64,000 nucleotides of DNA from Candidatus Falkowbacteria bacterium (GCA_018674305.1 JABHAL010000004.1:256446-320445), one strand, 5' to 3'. Shown: positions 31,549-41,017, counted from the first letter of the stretch. Numbers and translations are program-made. Notes: generated by a model not told the origin, from the letters alone.

Positions 31549-31806
31549 ATGGCAAGAAAATTGAATCCAGCATTAATGAAACCATTAACACTTACTGCTG
31601 AATTAGAAGCTGTTGTTGGTAAAGGGCCAATGCCACGTTTCGAAGTTGTAAAAAAGATTTGGGTTTACATCAAGAAGAATGATCTTCAAAACCCAGAAAA
31701 CAAAAGAAACATTATTGCTGATGACAAGCTAAAACCACTTTTCGGTGGTAAAAAAGAAGTAAACATGTTTGAAATGACAAAACTTGTTTCAAAGCACATG
31801 AGCTAA
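31549..31806 (+). CDS. SWIB/MDM2-domain protein
   Basis: 85 aa matching the bacterial SWIB pattern (LSxELxAVVG...RxEVVKKIWxYIKxNxLQxPxNKRxI..DxKLKxxFG..xVxMFEMxKLxSKH). Confidence 0.65.
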   Translation: MARKLNPALMKPLTLTAELEAVVGKGPMPRFEVVKKIWVYIKKNDLQNPENKRNIIADDKLKPLFGGKKEVNMFEMTKLVSKHMS

Positions 31807-31816
31807 ATGATATTAT

Positions 31817-31852
31817 AAAGACCCGAGGTTTTATCTCGGGTCTTTTGTTTTA
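31817..31852 (+). terminator. Intrinsic terminator (aagacccgag...ctcgggtctt + T-run)
   Basis: Read directly. Confidence 0.7.
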
Positions 31853-31859
31853 AATTAAA

Positions 31860-32507
31860 ATGATGTACCGTAATGATATGGACTATTCTTACGAACAAAA
31901 TTTAATTGATCAAGGCTACCAGTATATTTGTGGAATTGATGAAGCTGGTAGAGGCCCTTGGGCCGGACCATTGGTGGCTGGCGCGGTTATTCTTGATTCA
32001 AACAAGGATGATTATTTTCCTTTACTCAATGATTCTAAACAGTTGACTGCTAAGAGACGAGAGGAGGCTTTGTTTGAAATAATGGACAAGGCTAAAGCTT
32101 GGGCAGTCGGTCTGGTTCGTCATGGTGAAATTGATCAGCATGGTTTAGGCTTGGCTAATAAGATTGCGATGAAAAGAGCCTGGAGACATTTACCTATCAA
32201 ACCTGATTTTATTGCTTGTGATCATATGCATGGTTTGGCTTTTGAAACGCCAAGTGAAATTGTGAAAAAGGGAGATGCAACTATTATATCAATCGCGGCA
32301 GCTTCTATTGTAGCAAAAGTTTTTCGTGATCGGATGATGGAAGCTTTTTCCAGGAAATATCCGGAATATGAGTTTGAAAAACATAAAGGTTATGGAACTA
32401 AGCTTCATTTAGAAAATATGGAGAAATATGGAGTTTGTCCTATTCATCGACGTTGTTTTAAACCAGTGGCTAGAATAGAATTATTTGGTAAGAAAACTAA
32501 ACAGTAG
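31860..32507 (+). CDS. rnhB: Ribonuclease HII
   Basis: GIDEAGRGPWAGPLV active-site motif. Confidence 0.9.
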   Translation: MMYRNDMDYSYEQNLIDQGYQYICGIDEAGRGPWAGPLVAGAVILDSNKDDYFPLLNDSKQLTAKRREEALFEIMDKAKAWAVGLVRHGEIDQHGLGLANKIAMKRAWRHLPIKPDFIACDHMHGLAFETPSEIVKKGDATIISIAAASIVAKVFRDRMMEAFSRKYPEYEFEKHKGYGTKLHLENMEKYGVCPIHRRCFKPVARIELFGKKTKQ

Positions 32508-32662
32508 GTAGATTATCAGTTTTAAATAGCGAAAATTTTTCGAGTGAATTTGATAGTCACTGGAGACAGTATGCTATTGACAAAAAATTCAGCTTAATGT
32601 AATATAGGATGAATAACTTGAATTATTTGATTTAAGTAAACTAACCCTTTTGGAGGTGGGCC

Positions 32663-32959
32663 ATGGCTAGAAATGGAAAGCCAGGTTACTTTATTCTTCT
32701 TGACGACATTGAACATACTCTGCTGAAGGCACAACAGCATTTTGCAGAGGGGAGATTGGCCGAAAAAAATGAGTGTTTTAACGTATTTAGTGCTTTTTGC
32801 GCAACTCTAGAAAGATTCGATGATATTCCCCCTGACAAAAATCAACAGATTCTAGAAAAGTTACGTCAAATGCAATCAAGTTTGGAAAATGAATCCGAAT
32901 TTGAGGATTTTTCTGGAAAATTGCGATCCTTAGCCAGTGCTCTAGGAAGTAACCAATAG
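32663..32959 (+). CDS. Hypothetical protein
   Basis: SD ttggaggtgggccATG; hairpin + T-run terminator at ~32968-33000. Confidence 0.4.
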   Translation: MARNGKPGYFILLDDIEHTLLKAQQHFAEGRLAEKNECFNVFSAFCATLERFDDIPPDKNQQILEKLRQMQSSLENESEFEDFSGKLRSLASALGSNQ

Positions 32960-33016
32960 AAATTCAATCACCCCTTTTTAACAGAAAGGGGTTTTTTATT
33001 TAATTTTACCTAATAC

Positions 33017-33045
33017 TTGACATAATCGAGACATTGTGCTATATT
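33017..33045 (+). promoter_or_regulatory. Promoter TTGACA-N17-TATATT
   Basis: Read directly. Confidence 0.5.
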
Positions 33046-33123
33046 ACTATGATAATTGAACTTTGAAATGATCCTAAAGTACTTCGATGTTACATCAAAG
33101 ACTTTAGGGCAAGGGGCTAAATA

Positions 33124-34506
33124 ATGCAGAGAAACCATGTGATTATTGGTTTGATCCTACTAGGAGTAATTTTCCTAGCGATTTCTTTACCACTCGGACT
33201 GTTTTGGGTGGCGAAGAGCGCAACCCAAGATGAATGGAATTCCAAGGTTAGTGGTCGTCGGACACCAGCTGAGATTAAGGGAATTATGGACGCTATGGTT
33301 AGGTATAACCAAGAGCCACCAAACTTTCTTCCGCAGTCTGGATTAGATGATCACCTTTGTGCAGCAACAGTAATCAACGCAATGAATTTCATTGTCGGTG
33401 AAGACCTGTTGCAATCTGTACCAGCTTGGTTTTTTCAAAAAACCAATCAGGACAAATTGACTTTGGTGTTTGATCGATCTGATGACTTTACTGTTGAAGG
33501 CAGTTCAGTTGTTGAAAAAAAAGATCGTGGCTTTTGGTTAAGTAAGATTTTACCAGATCCTAATGGTATGTACGTTCTTGGGTATTTGTACCGAGATAGT
33601 GTAGCCATGGGAACTTTGGCAAAAAAGGAACTAGGCGCAACGTTGAATTCACATTTGATGCTACTTTTACCAAAGGTTGGTGAGCATCGTTGGGGATTTC
33701 ACTTGTTCCACGCGCCCGGCAAAGAGCACCTTAATCCGGTCTTGATTGAAAGGCTGGATGACAGGATGGCCAAGGATTTCGACCTGATCTACATTTGGCA
33801 GATCAAAGGAATTGAGTTGCCAGAAAAAGGTGAGGACATGTTCGTGGTGAATGATTCTTTACCTTATGAAAAGGTTCATTCGCATTTGAACAATGGTCCG
33901 GAGTTTTTGGAATATTACTTAGATACAATTGCTGTGTGGTGGCTGAATTTTGGTCGCTACGAGCAGTTTCCCGATGTTGTTAAACTCCATGACGGAGTGG
34001 TTAAAGTACCGCTTAACGGTAAAGTGTTTCATGGAAAAGTTTTGGGCTTTTACAAAAAAGTCCCGATCTACTATCATGGACACGAAACCCAAGCTCGAAG
34101 CAACTTTGGTCAAACCTGGCAGTGCGTTGAATATGCAAACAGGTTTTTGGTTAAAGCTTGCGAGCATCGCAATCTAGAAAGGACTGGTCATGCAGACAGT
34201 TATTTCTGGAAAGCGAAGGCTAAGGGGTTGGAATCATATCTGAATGGTAGCTTGACCGCACCACAGCCAGATGATTTGCTCATATTTGATAAGTCAGATT
34301 CAGATGGTAAGGTCGGTCACATAGCAGTTATCACTAGCGTTGATAAAGATAAAGTTTGTTTCGTGCAACAGAACTTTGGCAAGCGATGGTATGACTGTTT
34401 GCCAGTTGTGGTTTCTGATCATAATTGGTACATTGAAGCAGGAAAACCTTATCCAGCACTTGTTGCTGGTTGGGTTAGAGCTAAGAATAATGCAGTAAAC
34501 TTATAG
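33124..34506 (+). CDS. Membrane-anchored CHAP-domain protein (putative peptidoglycan amidase/peptidase); GC-elevated
   Basis: N-terminal TM; C-terminal CHAP catalytic Cys (QCVEYANRF) and His (GHIAVITSV). Confidence 0.55.
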   Translation: MQRNHVIIGLILLGVIFLAISLPLGLFWVAKSATQDEWNSKVSGRRTPAEIKGIMDAMVRYNQEPPNFLPQSGLDDHLCAATVINAMNFIVGEDLLQSVPAWFFQKTNQDKLTLVFDRSDDFTVEGSSVVEKKDRGFWLSKILPDPNGMYVLGYLYRDSVAMGTLAKKELGATLNSHLMLLLPKVGEHRWGFHLFHAPGKEHLNPVLIERLDDRMAKDFDLIYIWQIKGIELPEKGEDMFVVNDSLPYEKVHSHLNNGPEFLEYYLDTIAVWWLNFGRYEQFPDVVKLHDGVVKVPLNGKVFHGKVLGFYKKVPIYYHGHETQARSNFGQTWQCVEYANRFLVKACEHRNLERTGHADSYFWKAKAKGLESYLNGSLTAPQPDDLLIFDKSDSDGKVGHIAVITSVDKDKVCFVQQNFGKRWYDCLPVVVSDHNWYIEAGKPYPALVAGWVRAKNNAVNL

Positions 34507-34520
34507 AGCAAGGAGAAAGA

Positions 34521-35048
34521 ATGAAAGGGACTAAGAAACTTTGTTGTATGATTGCTCTGGCTATGTTGTCACTATTGCTCATGGGCGGTGGTGGACCTGA
34601 TTACAATGGTTGTGATTGTGACTGGGATAGCGATAGTTCTTCATATGAAGCATCTGAGCCAGATCCATGCCAAATTGCTAAGCGAGCTGCCTTTGAAAAA
34701 GGCCAAAAGGCTGGGAGGAATCAGGCTGAAAGTGTTGCCGAGAAAAATCGCATGGAATTGCATCAGGAGATTGATCTTAAGCAAGCTACTATCGATAAGT
34801 TGAAGGCTGAAATGAAGGCGATTCAGGAAGTTGCCAAAATTGAGGCTGAACAAAAACCCGAGGATCTCCAAACTCAGCTGATAAAGATTATTACTGTGAA
34901 GAAGGGATACTGGGTGAAGAAGCATGTGGATGAGGTAGAAGGTTCGGATATTCGAGCCACCTACATTTGCAATTCCTGGGAATGGGGAAAAGCGAATCCA
35001 ACGGTGTTTCCGGGGGATAAACTCAAAGTCTGCAAGTTTTCTGAATGA
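34521..35048 (+). CDS. Secreted/lipoprotein-like coiled-coil protein; hypothetical
   Basis: Signal peptide with LMGGGG; SD aaggagaaagaATG. Confidence 0.45.
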   Translation: MKGTKKLCCMIALAMLSLLLMGGGGPDYNGCDCDWDSDSSSYEASEPDPCQIAKRAAFEKGQKAGRNQAESVAEKNRMELHQEIDLKQATIDKLKAEMKAIQEVAKIEAEQKPEDLQTQLIKIITVKKGYWVKKHVDEVEGSDIRATYICNSWEWGKANPTVFPGDKLKVCKFSE

Positions 35049-35165
35049 ATGTAAACACAAAGAAGTCTTACGTCACACGTGAGGCTTCTTTTTATCCTTG
35101 AAAAGTTAGTTAAATTAGGGTAGAATATTAATGTTGTTACAAATTCTACAAATATTAGTAATCTT

Positions 35166-37991
35166 ATGAAGTACGATCACAAAAAAATTGAAAAAAGGTG
35201 GCAGAAATTTTGGCAAGAAAATGAAGTTTATAAAACTCAGGATGATAAAGAAAAACCAAAGTATTATATTTTGGATATGTTCCCTTACCCTTCAGGTGCA
35301 GGTTTGCATGTGGGACATCCAAAGGGTTACATTGCCACTGATATAATTGCTCGTATGAAAATGATGCAGGGCCATAATGTTCTTCATCCTATGGGGTGGG
35401 ACGCTTTTGGTTTGCCGGCAGAAAATTATGCAATTAAAAATAAAGTTCATCCACGCGATGCAGTAGCCAAAAATGTTAAAGTTTTCAAGGAACAGTTGAA
35501 TAAAATTGGATTTACTTATGACTGGAGTCGCGAGATTAATACCACAGATCAAGATTATTATAAGTGGACTCAGTGGACGTTTTTGAAAATGTTTGAAAAA
35601 GGTTTGGCTTATGAATCTGAAGAACCGATTATTTGGTGTCCAAGTTGTCAGACTGGCTTAGCAATGGAAGACTTGGAGGATGGCAGGTGTGAACGTTGTA
35701 ATAGTGAGATTGAACGGAAACCAATGCGCCAGTGGGTTTTGAAAATTACTGATTATGCTGAGCGTTTATTGAATGATTTAGATAAGTTAGATAAGTGGCC
35801 AGATTCTATTCGAGAGATGCAGAAGCATTGGATTGGTAGATCAGAGGGAGCTGAGGTAAAATTTGAAATCCGAAATTCGAAATTCGAAATTACCGTTTTT
35901 ACTACTCGTGCTGACACTTTGTTTGGGGCGACATTTATGGTGTTAGCGCCTGAACATCCGTTAGTTCAAGAAATCACAACTGAAGAAAATAAAAAACAAG
36001 TTGAAAAATATATTAAAAAAGCTTCAGCTAAATCAGATCTTGAACGAGCAGAATTACAAAAAGATAAATCTGGGGTTTTTAGTGGAGCGTATGCCATAAA
36101 TCCTGTTAATAATGAAGAAATACCAATTTGGATTGCTGATTATGTTTTGATGAACTATGGCACCGGTGCAATTATGGCTGTTCCAGCGCATGATCAACGT
36201 GATTTTGAGTTTGCAAAGAAATACGATATTCCGATCGTGCCAGTTGTAATGCCATTTATCAAGGCTCAGGATAATGATTTGCCAAAAAAGAACAAAAAAA
36301 CAGAAAAGAGAAATAATGTGATTGTAGTTGTTAAACATTGGGCAGAGGATAAATATTTTTGCTTGGATTGGAAGAATTTCGGTTGGACTTCTTTTGTTGT
36401 CGGTGGAATTGAGGATGGCGAAAGTTCCGAAGATGCAGCTTTGCGAGAAATGAGAGAAGAGTCGGGTTATCAAAATGTTAAGTCAATTAAAAAATTAGGT
36501 GGACCGATAGCTACAAATTTTTTTGCTAAACACAAGGATATTAATCGTGAAACGGTTATTGAAGGCTTTTATGTTGAATTAACTGATGGTGAATATGTTG
36601 AACCATTAGATAAGGATGTTGAGCATCATGTTGGACAGTGGGTTGATAAGGATAAAGTGTCTTCATTTATTAATTTGGAAAATCATTCCTGGTTTTTTGA
36701 TATATCAACGAATGGAGAATCAGTTTATTCTGGTAAAGGAATAAGTATTAATTCTGAGGAATTCAATGGACAAACTACATTAGAAGCTATGGAGGGAATT
36801 GTTAAAAAAGCTGGAGCAATCAAAAAAATAAATTATAAACTTCAAGACTGGGTTTTTTCTCGTCAGCGATATTGGGGTGAGCCAATTCCAATAATTCATT
36901 GTGAAAAGTGTGGCCCCGTAGCAGTTCCAGAAAAAGATTTACCAGTTAAACTACCGGAAGTTGAGAGTTACGAACCAACTGGAACAGGTGAGTCACCTTT
37001 GGCAGGTATTGATGAATGGGTGAATGTTGAATGTCCGAAGTGCGGTGGTCTAGGAAAAAGAGAAACTAATACCATGCCTCAGTGGGCAGGTTCCAATTGG
37101 TATTATCTTCGTTATATTGATCCAGCTAATGATAAAGCTTTAGTCGACAAAGAAAAAGAAAAATATTGGTCTCCAGTTGATTTTTATGTCGGCGGTGCAG
37201 AGCATGCTACTCGGCATTTAATTTATTCCCGGTTTTGGCATAAGTTTTTATTTGATATCGGAGCAGTTAGTTATGATGAACCATTTACTCGACTTCAGCA
37301 TGTAGGTTTAATCATGGCCGAAGATGGCCGAAAAATGAGTAAGCGCTGGGGGAATGTTATCAATCCAGATGATATTATAAAAGAGTACGGCGCTGATGCC
37401 CTGCGTGCTTACGAAATGTTCATGGGTCCATTTGATCAGGCTAGTGTTTGGGATACTAATGGGTTGCGAGGAGTCAAAAAGTTTTTGGATAAGGCACACG
37501 ATTTAGGAGGTAAAGGGGACAAAGGAGATAATAAAGAAATTGTTACTCTGTTGCATAAAACGATAAAAAAAGTCACCAAAGACATTGAAACTATGGATTT
37601 CAATACTGCTATTTCACAGATGATGATTTTTGTAAATAAAATTCAATCAACTGGCTGTAGTCAACAGACACGTAAAATGTTTTTACAAGTATTGAGTCCG
37701 TTCGCACCACATTTGTGTGAAGAATTATGGAGTCAGCTCGGGGAAAAGCAAAGTATTTTCTTGTCTGAGTGGCCAAAGCATGATGAGAAGTTAATTATTG
37801 AGGAGACAGTTGAAATTCCAGTCCAAATAAATGGCAAAGTACGAGTTAAGCTTCAGGTTGAACCTAATATTTTAGAAGAAAAATTGAAAGAATTGGTTTT
37901 TGCTGATGACCAAGTGCAACGATACGTTGAAGACAAAGAAGTAAAGAAATTCATTTATGTTAAGGGCAGGTTAGTAAGTTTAGTGGTTTAA
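35166..37991 (+). CDS. leuS: Leucyl-tRNA synthetase carrying an in-frame ~160-aa Nudix hydrolase domain insertion (approx nt 36250-36735)
   Basis: HVGHPKGY (HIGH), TTRADT editing motif, AHDQRDFEFA and KMSKR (KMSKS). A perfect Nudix box GGIEDGESSEDAALREMREESGY (GX5EX7REUXEEXGU) lies between the editing domain and the SEEFNG motif. Confidence 0.9.
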   Translation: MKYDHKKIEKRWQKFWQENEVYKTQDDKEKPKYYILDMFPYPSGAGLHVGHPKGYIATDIIARMKMMQGHNVLHPMGWDAFGLPAENYAIKNKVHPRDAVAKNVKVFKEQLNKIGFTYDWSREINTTDQDYYKWTQWTFLKMFEKGLAYESEEPIIWCPSCQTGLAMEDLEDGRCERCNSEIERKPMRQWVLKITDYAERLLNDLDKLDKWPDSIREMQKHWIGRSEGAEVKFEIRNSKFEITVFTTRADTLFGATFMVLAPEHPLVQEITTEENKKQVEKYIKKASAKSDLERAELQKDKSGVFSGAYAINPVNNEEIPIWIADYVLMNYGTGAIMAVPAHDQRDFEFAKKYDIPIVPVVMPFIKAQDNDLPKKNKKTEKRNNVIVVVKHWAEDKYFCLDWKNFGWTSFVVGGIEDGESSEDAALREMREESGYQNVKSIKKLGGPIATNFFAKHKDINRETVIEGFYVELTDGEYVEPLDKDVEHHVGQWVDKDKVSSFINLENHSWFFDISTNGESVYSGKGISINSEEFNGQTTLEAMEGIVKKAGAIKKINYKLQDWVFSRQRYWGEPIPIIHCEKCGPVAVPEKDLPVKLPEVESYEPTGTGESPLAGIDEWVNVECPKCGGLGKRETNTMPQWAGSNWYYLRYIDPANDKALVDKEKEKYWSPVDFYVGGAEHATRHLIYSRFWHKFLFDIGAVSYDEPFTRLQHVGLIMAEDGRKMSKRWGNVINPDDIIKEYGADALRAYEMFMGPFDQASVWDTNGLRGVKKFLDKAHDLGGKGDKGDNKEIVTLLHKTIKKVTKDIETMDFNTAISQMMIFVNKIQSTGCSQQTRKMFLQVLSPFAPHLCEELWSQLGEKQSIFLSEWPKHDEKLIIEETVEIPVQINGKVRVKLQVEPNILEEKLKELVFADDQVQRYVEDKEVKKFIYVKGRLVSLVV

Positions 37992-38008
37992 TATATTGGA
38001 AAATAATA

Positions 38009-38048
38009 AAAGAGCTCAGTCATGTTGCATGACTGAGCTTTGTTTTTC
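38009..38048 (+). terminator. Intrinsic terminator after leuS (agctcagtcatg-ttgc-atgactgagct + T-run)
   Basis: Perfect 12-bp stem. Confidence 0.75.
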
Positions 38049-38105
38049 ATTCATTGAATGCTTTACACAGATATTCATTCTTGTCTTCCAATCATTCCAA
38101 TTCAA

Positions 38106-38312
38106 TTAAGCTGCATCAAGGTACCTTTCAACTTTTTCTTTCATTTTTGGTTTGGGTGCTCCGGGAAAGAGGATTAAATCGTCGGGTCCACTTCTGGAAC
38201 TGCAACCACCAGGACCAGCTTCCATTTTCTCCTTTTCATCGTCCTCAGGACACTTGAAGTTTAACAACTCGTTAATAAGAACACTTTGCAATGGTTGGCG
38301 TAGAGTTTTCAT
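38106..38312 (-). CDS. Small GC-rich hypothetical protein (68 aa; start at MKTLRQP after SD ggaggttaaaATG)
   Basis: ORF plus SD; composition unlike neighbours. Confidence 0.3.
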   Translation of the reverse strand: MKTLRQPLQSVLINELLNFKCPEDDEKEKMEAGPGGCSSRSGPDDLILFPGAPKPKMKEKVERYLDAA

Positions 38313-38654
38313 TTTAACCTCCATTTCACGCCTATTGAATATGCTCAGCAGTCCCTTACTGCCGAACAAACACACCTTCTCTATTTATATTGTATGACAT
38401 CAAAATACTAATGAACATAGTTTTTGTGGACAAGATTTGTCTGTTTTTGTCAATCTATAATTAATTATTTTTATAAAAAGAAGATTTACATTTTAGAAAT
38501 TATTTACATTGTTAACATAAAGTATGAAAATTTAGAACAAAAAGAATGTTATAAATCAGTAACAATAGTGTCGGATTTGTGGATAACTACTTTGAAATGT
38601 TGTCAGAACCTGCTAACATTTAAGTAGAGGGGTTTGACGACTAAAAATTGAAAT

Positions 38655-39407
38655 ATGGCACTAGCACAGGAATTATTAGCAATTGGTTTAAGTGATAAGG
38701 AGGCAGATGTTTATTTAGCTGCATTGCAGCTTGGTTATTCTTCTGTTCAAGAAATATCACAGAAAGCTAATATTAATCGCACAACAGCATACACCCACAT
38801 TAAAAATTTAATCAGTCGGGGACTTTTGAATGCAACCGAAAAAAATGGTAAAATTTTTTATGTCGCTGAACGACCAGAAAAATTGGAATATATTTATGAA
38901 CAGCAGGAAAATGAAATCAAGCGCAGGCGACAGATGTTAGATCAAATCATGCCCAAGTTAGAATCTCTTTATAATGTAGCGAAAGATAAGCCTTCAGTTC
39001 GCTATTATAACTATAACAGCCCAGAAGATTTAAAGGTTGTTAGACAAGAAATTGCTCAACGGCGATCCAATATAATGTATAATATTTTTAATTATGAATT
39101 GTATAAAGATTATGTCTCTCGTCGTCATGTACAAAACATTTTAGATTCAGTCCAGACTTTTAAAACTATATATATAGCGAATCATAAAATTGTTGATAGC
39201 CGTTTACGACCACTCTTAAAAAACGATAAATTTTTCATTAAATTTCTCACAGAAGCAAAGTTTGGATTTTTGTGTGAAGTTCTAATATCTGATGATAATG
39301 TTTATATTGCTGGCAAAGGAGATTGGTTAATCATTCGCGATGAACTTTTTTCGCAAACCCTTGGTTTGTTATTTGAAGCTTTGTGGGGCATTGCTGAGGA
39401 ATTTTAA
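38655..39407 (+). CDS. TrmB-family HTH transcriptional regulator (paralog 1)
   Basis: N-terminal winged-HTH GLSDKEADVYLAALQLGYSSVQEIS...NRTTAY; ~250 aa with C-terminal effector domain. Confidence 0.65.
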   Translation: MALAQELLAIGLSDKEADVYLAALQLGYSSVQEISQKANINRTTAYTHIKNLISRGLLNATEKNGKIFYVAERPEKLEYIYEQQENEIKRRRQMLDQIMPKLESLYNVAKDKPSVRYYNYNSPEDLKVVRQEIAQRRSNIMYNIFNYELYKDYVSRRHVQNILDSVQTFKTIYIANHKIVDSRLRPLLKNDKFFIKFLTEAKFGFLCEVLISDDNVYIAGKGDWLIIRDELFSQTLGLLFEALWGIAEEF

Positions 39408-39428
39408 ATAAACACAAAATAAAAAAGT

Positions 39429-40172
39429 ATGTTAATTAAAGAGTTACAAGAATTTGGTTTAAGTGATAAAGAATCTAGAGTTTATTTGGCTGCTCTTGAA
39501 CTAGGAACATCCACGATTCAGGAACTTTCACAGAAATCAAATGTTAATCGAGCAACTACCTATATTCAGGTGGAGACATTGTTAAAAAGAGGATTGCTCA
39601 GTACAGTAGATAAAAATAAAAAAAGTGTTTTTATTGCTGAGCGACCTGACCGATTGTTGTCGATCCTGGATGAACAAAAGCAAAAGATTGAGAATAAACA
39701 TGACAAGATAAAAAAACTTATACCTGATTTTGAAGCTTTATATAATGTGATTGGCGATCGGCCAAGAGTTAGATTTTTTGAAGGAAGTGTAGGTGTGGAT
39801 GCTTGGAGGCAGGATGTTTATAAGTTTGGCCCAAGTCAGCTAGATATGATTTTACCGTTAGTAGAGGATTTTGATGAAAAGAGTCAAGATACAAGTTTTC
39901 TAGAGAAAATTTTAACGCGTGTTCAAGCGGTGAGATTATTAGTCCCGGAAGAAAAAAGACAATTCATGAATAAGATTTTAACATCAGAAAATTTGCTTGT
40001 GAAATATCACAAGTTAGTTGATTTTAGAGCTGAAATGATAATATATAGTAATAAGGTTTATATTAGCAAGGCTCTAGGCGCTGCTAATATGGCTGTGTTG
40101 ATGGAGGACAAAATGTTTTATAAGAGTTTTTTGGCGATATATGATGTTTTGTGGGATGTTGCAGAAGAGTAA
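39429..40172 (+). CDS. TrmB-family HTH transcriptional regulator (paralog 2)
   Basis: GLSDKESRVYLAALELGTSTIQELS...NRATTY. Confidence 0.65.
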   Translation: MLIKELQEFGLSDKESRVYLAALELGTSTIQELSQKSNVNRATTYIQVETLLKRGLLSTVDKNKKSVFIAERPDRLLSILDEQKQKIENKHDKIKKLIPDFEALYNVIGDRPRVRFFEGSVGVDAWRQDVYKFGPSQLDMILPLVEDFDEKSQDTSFLEKILTRVQAVRLLVPEEKRQFMNKILTSENLLVKYHKLVDFRAEMIIYSNKVYISKALGAANMAVLMEDKMFYKSFLAIYDVLWDVAEE

Positions 40173-40186
40173 ACTTTTTAAAAATG

Positions 40187-40225
40187 AAAACACCATCAGA
40201 TTTGTACTGATGGTGTTGTTTTTAA
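40187..40225 (+). terminator. Intrinsic terminator (aacaccatcag-atttgta-ctgatggtgtt + T-run)
   Basis: Perfect stem. Confidence 0.75.
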
Positions 40226-40265
40226 ACACAGGAAAGTCAGTATTATTTATTACCTCGGGGGGCGA

Positions 40266-40484
40266 CTAGCGCAACACTCCCGCAGTAGGAAAACGCGTTA
40301 TTTTCGGAAGACCATTTTCAGTTTTACTTATCGATGAAAAACCAGTTCCACCACCAAGTCCAGACATCTTTACTTCACGAACGTGTAAAACATTTGAGTT
40401 ACTCACTCTCGGTGTCAACTGTGTGCAGCAATTTGCAGCAGTGTGTAATCTGCTTCTCGTAAAAGGATAAAATTTTGCCCGCAT
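40266..40484 (-). CDS. Small GC-rich hypothetical protein (72 aa) with its own strong promoter and SD
   Basis: Minus-strand TTGACA-N17-TATACT (40543-40572) followed by aaggagg-N6-ATG. Confidence 0.4.
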   Translation of the reverse strand: MRAKFYPFTRSRLHTAANCCTQLTPRVSNSNVLHVREVKMSGLGGGTGFSSISKTENGLPKITRFPTAGVLR

Positions 40485-40539
40485 ACTTTTCCTCCTTGAA
40501 AAGTGTTAACTATTCCCGTTTGGGTTGAATAATTAACTG

Positions 40540-40575
40540 TTTAGTATAGCAAATAACAAAAAGTTTGTCAAGGGC
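40540..40575 (-). promoter_or_regulatory. Minus-strand promoter TTGACA-N17-TATACT (...tttgcTATACT)
   Basis: Read directly on the reverse complement. Confidence 0.5.
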
Positions 40576-40676
40576 AAGGTGATATTATATATTTCAAATG
40601 TTAGCAATTATTACCATTCGTGAAATGTGTAAATTTAGACAACTTTAGTGAGTGTTTGAATTAATTGTTAGATAGT

Positions 40677-40705
40677 ATTGACAAAATCATAATAATTTGC
40701 TATAC
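40677..40705 (+). promoter_or_regulatory. Plus-strand promoter TTGACA-N17-TATACT (...tttgcTATACT), near-identical in architecture to the divergent one
   Basis: Read directly. Confidence 0.5.
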
Positions 40706-40830
40706 TCCAATGTTGAGTATTTGGCTATAATGCTTGTATAGCTAAAGACTTGGAAGATATAATTGTTTTTCCATAGCAGCTCTAATAGTATGTTGGAGCT
40801 GTCATTGGGCAGATAAACAGGAGGTGTCAT

Positions 40831-41007
40831 ATGTCCAGACATAGTAAGAGGCATAAGTCTCGAAAAGTGAAAGAGTATGATCCTCACCGTGTCATGCGAG
40901 AAATTGCTAGGACGTTGATTGGCTCAAAACCCAGACAGGTCCATTCGGGTAAAAAGGGCCAAAAGGGTTATGATCGCAAACGTGAAAGAGCAATTCCCAA
41001 CTATTAA
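40831..41007 (+). CDS. Small, very basic protein (58 aa, MSRHSKRHKSRKVKEY...)
   Basis: Strong SD acaggaggtgtcatATG; not in the ORF track (<60 aa); preferred over the antisense ORFs. Confidence 0.45.
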   Translation: MSRHSKRHKSRKVKEYDPHRVMREIARTLIGSKPRQVHSGKKGQKGYDRKRERAIPNY

Positions 41008-41017
41008 GGAGGTCGTC

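Noticed and set aside
40240-40500. GC-rich block considered as tmRNA or another structured RNA
   Set aside because: No tRNA-like T-arm (GGTTCGAATCC-type) and no RNase P/SRP signatures. Instead the minus strand has a canonical promoter, SD and ATG for a 72-aa ORF.
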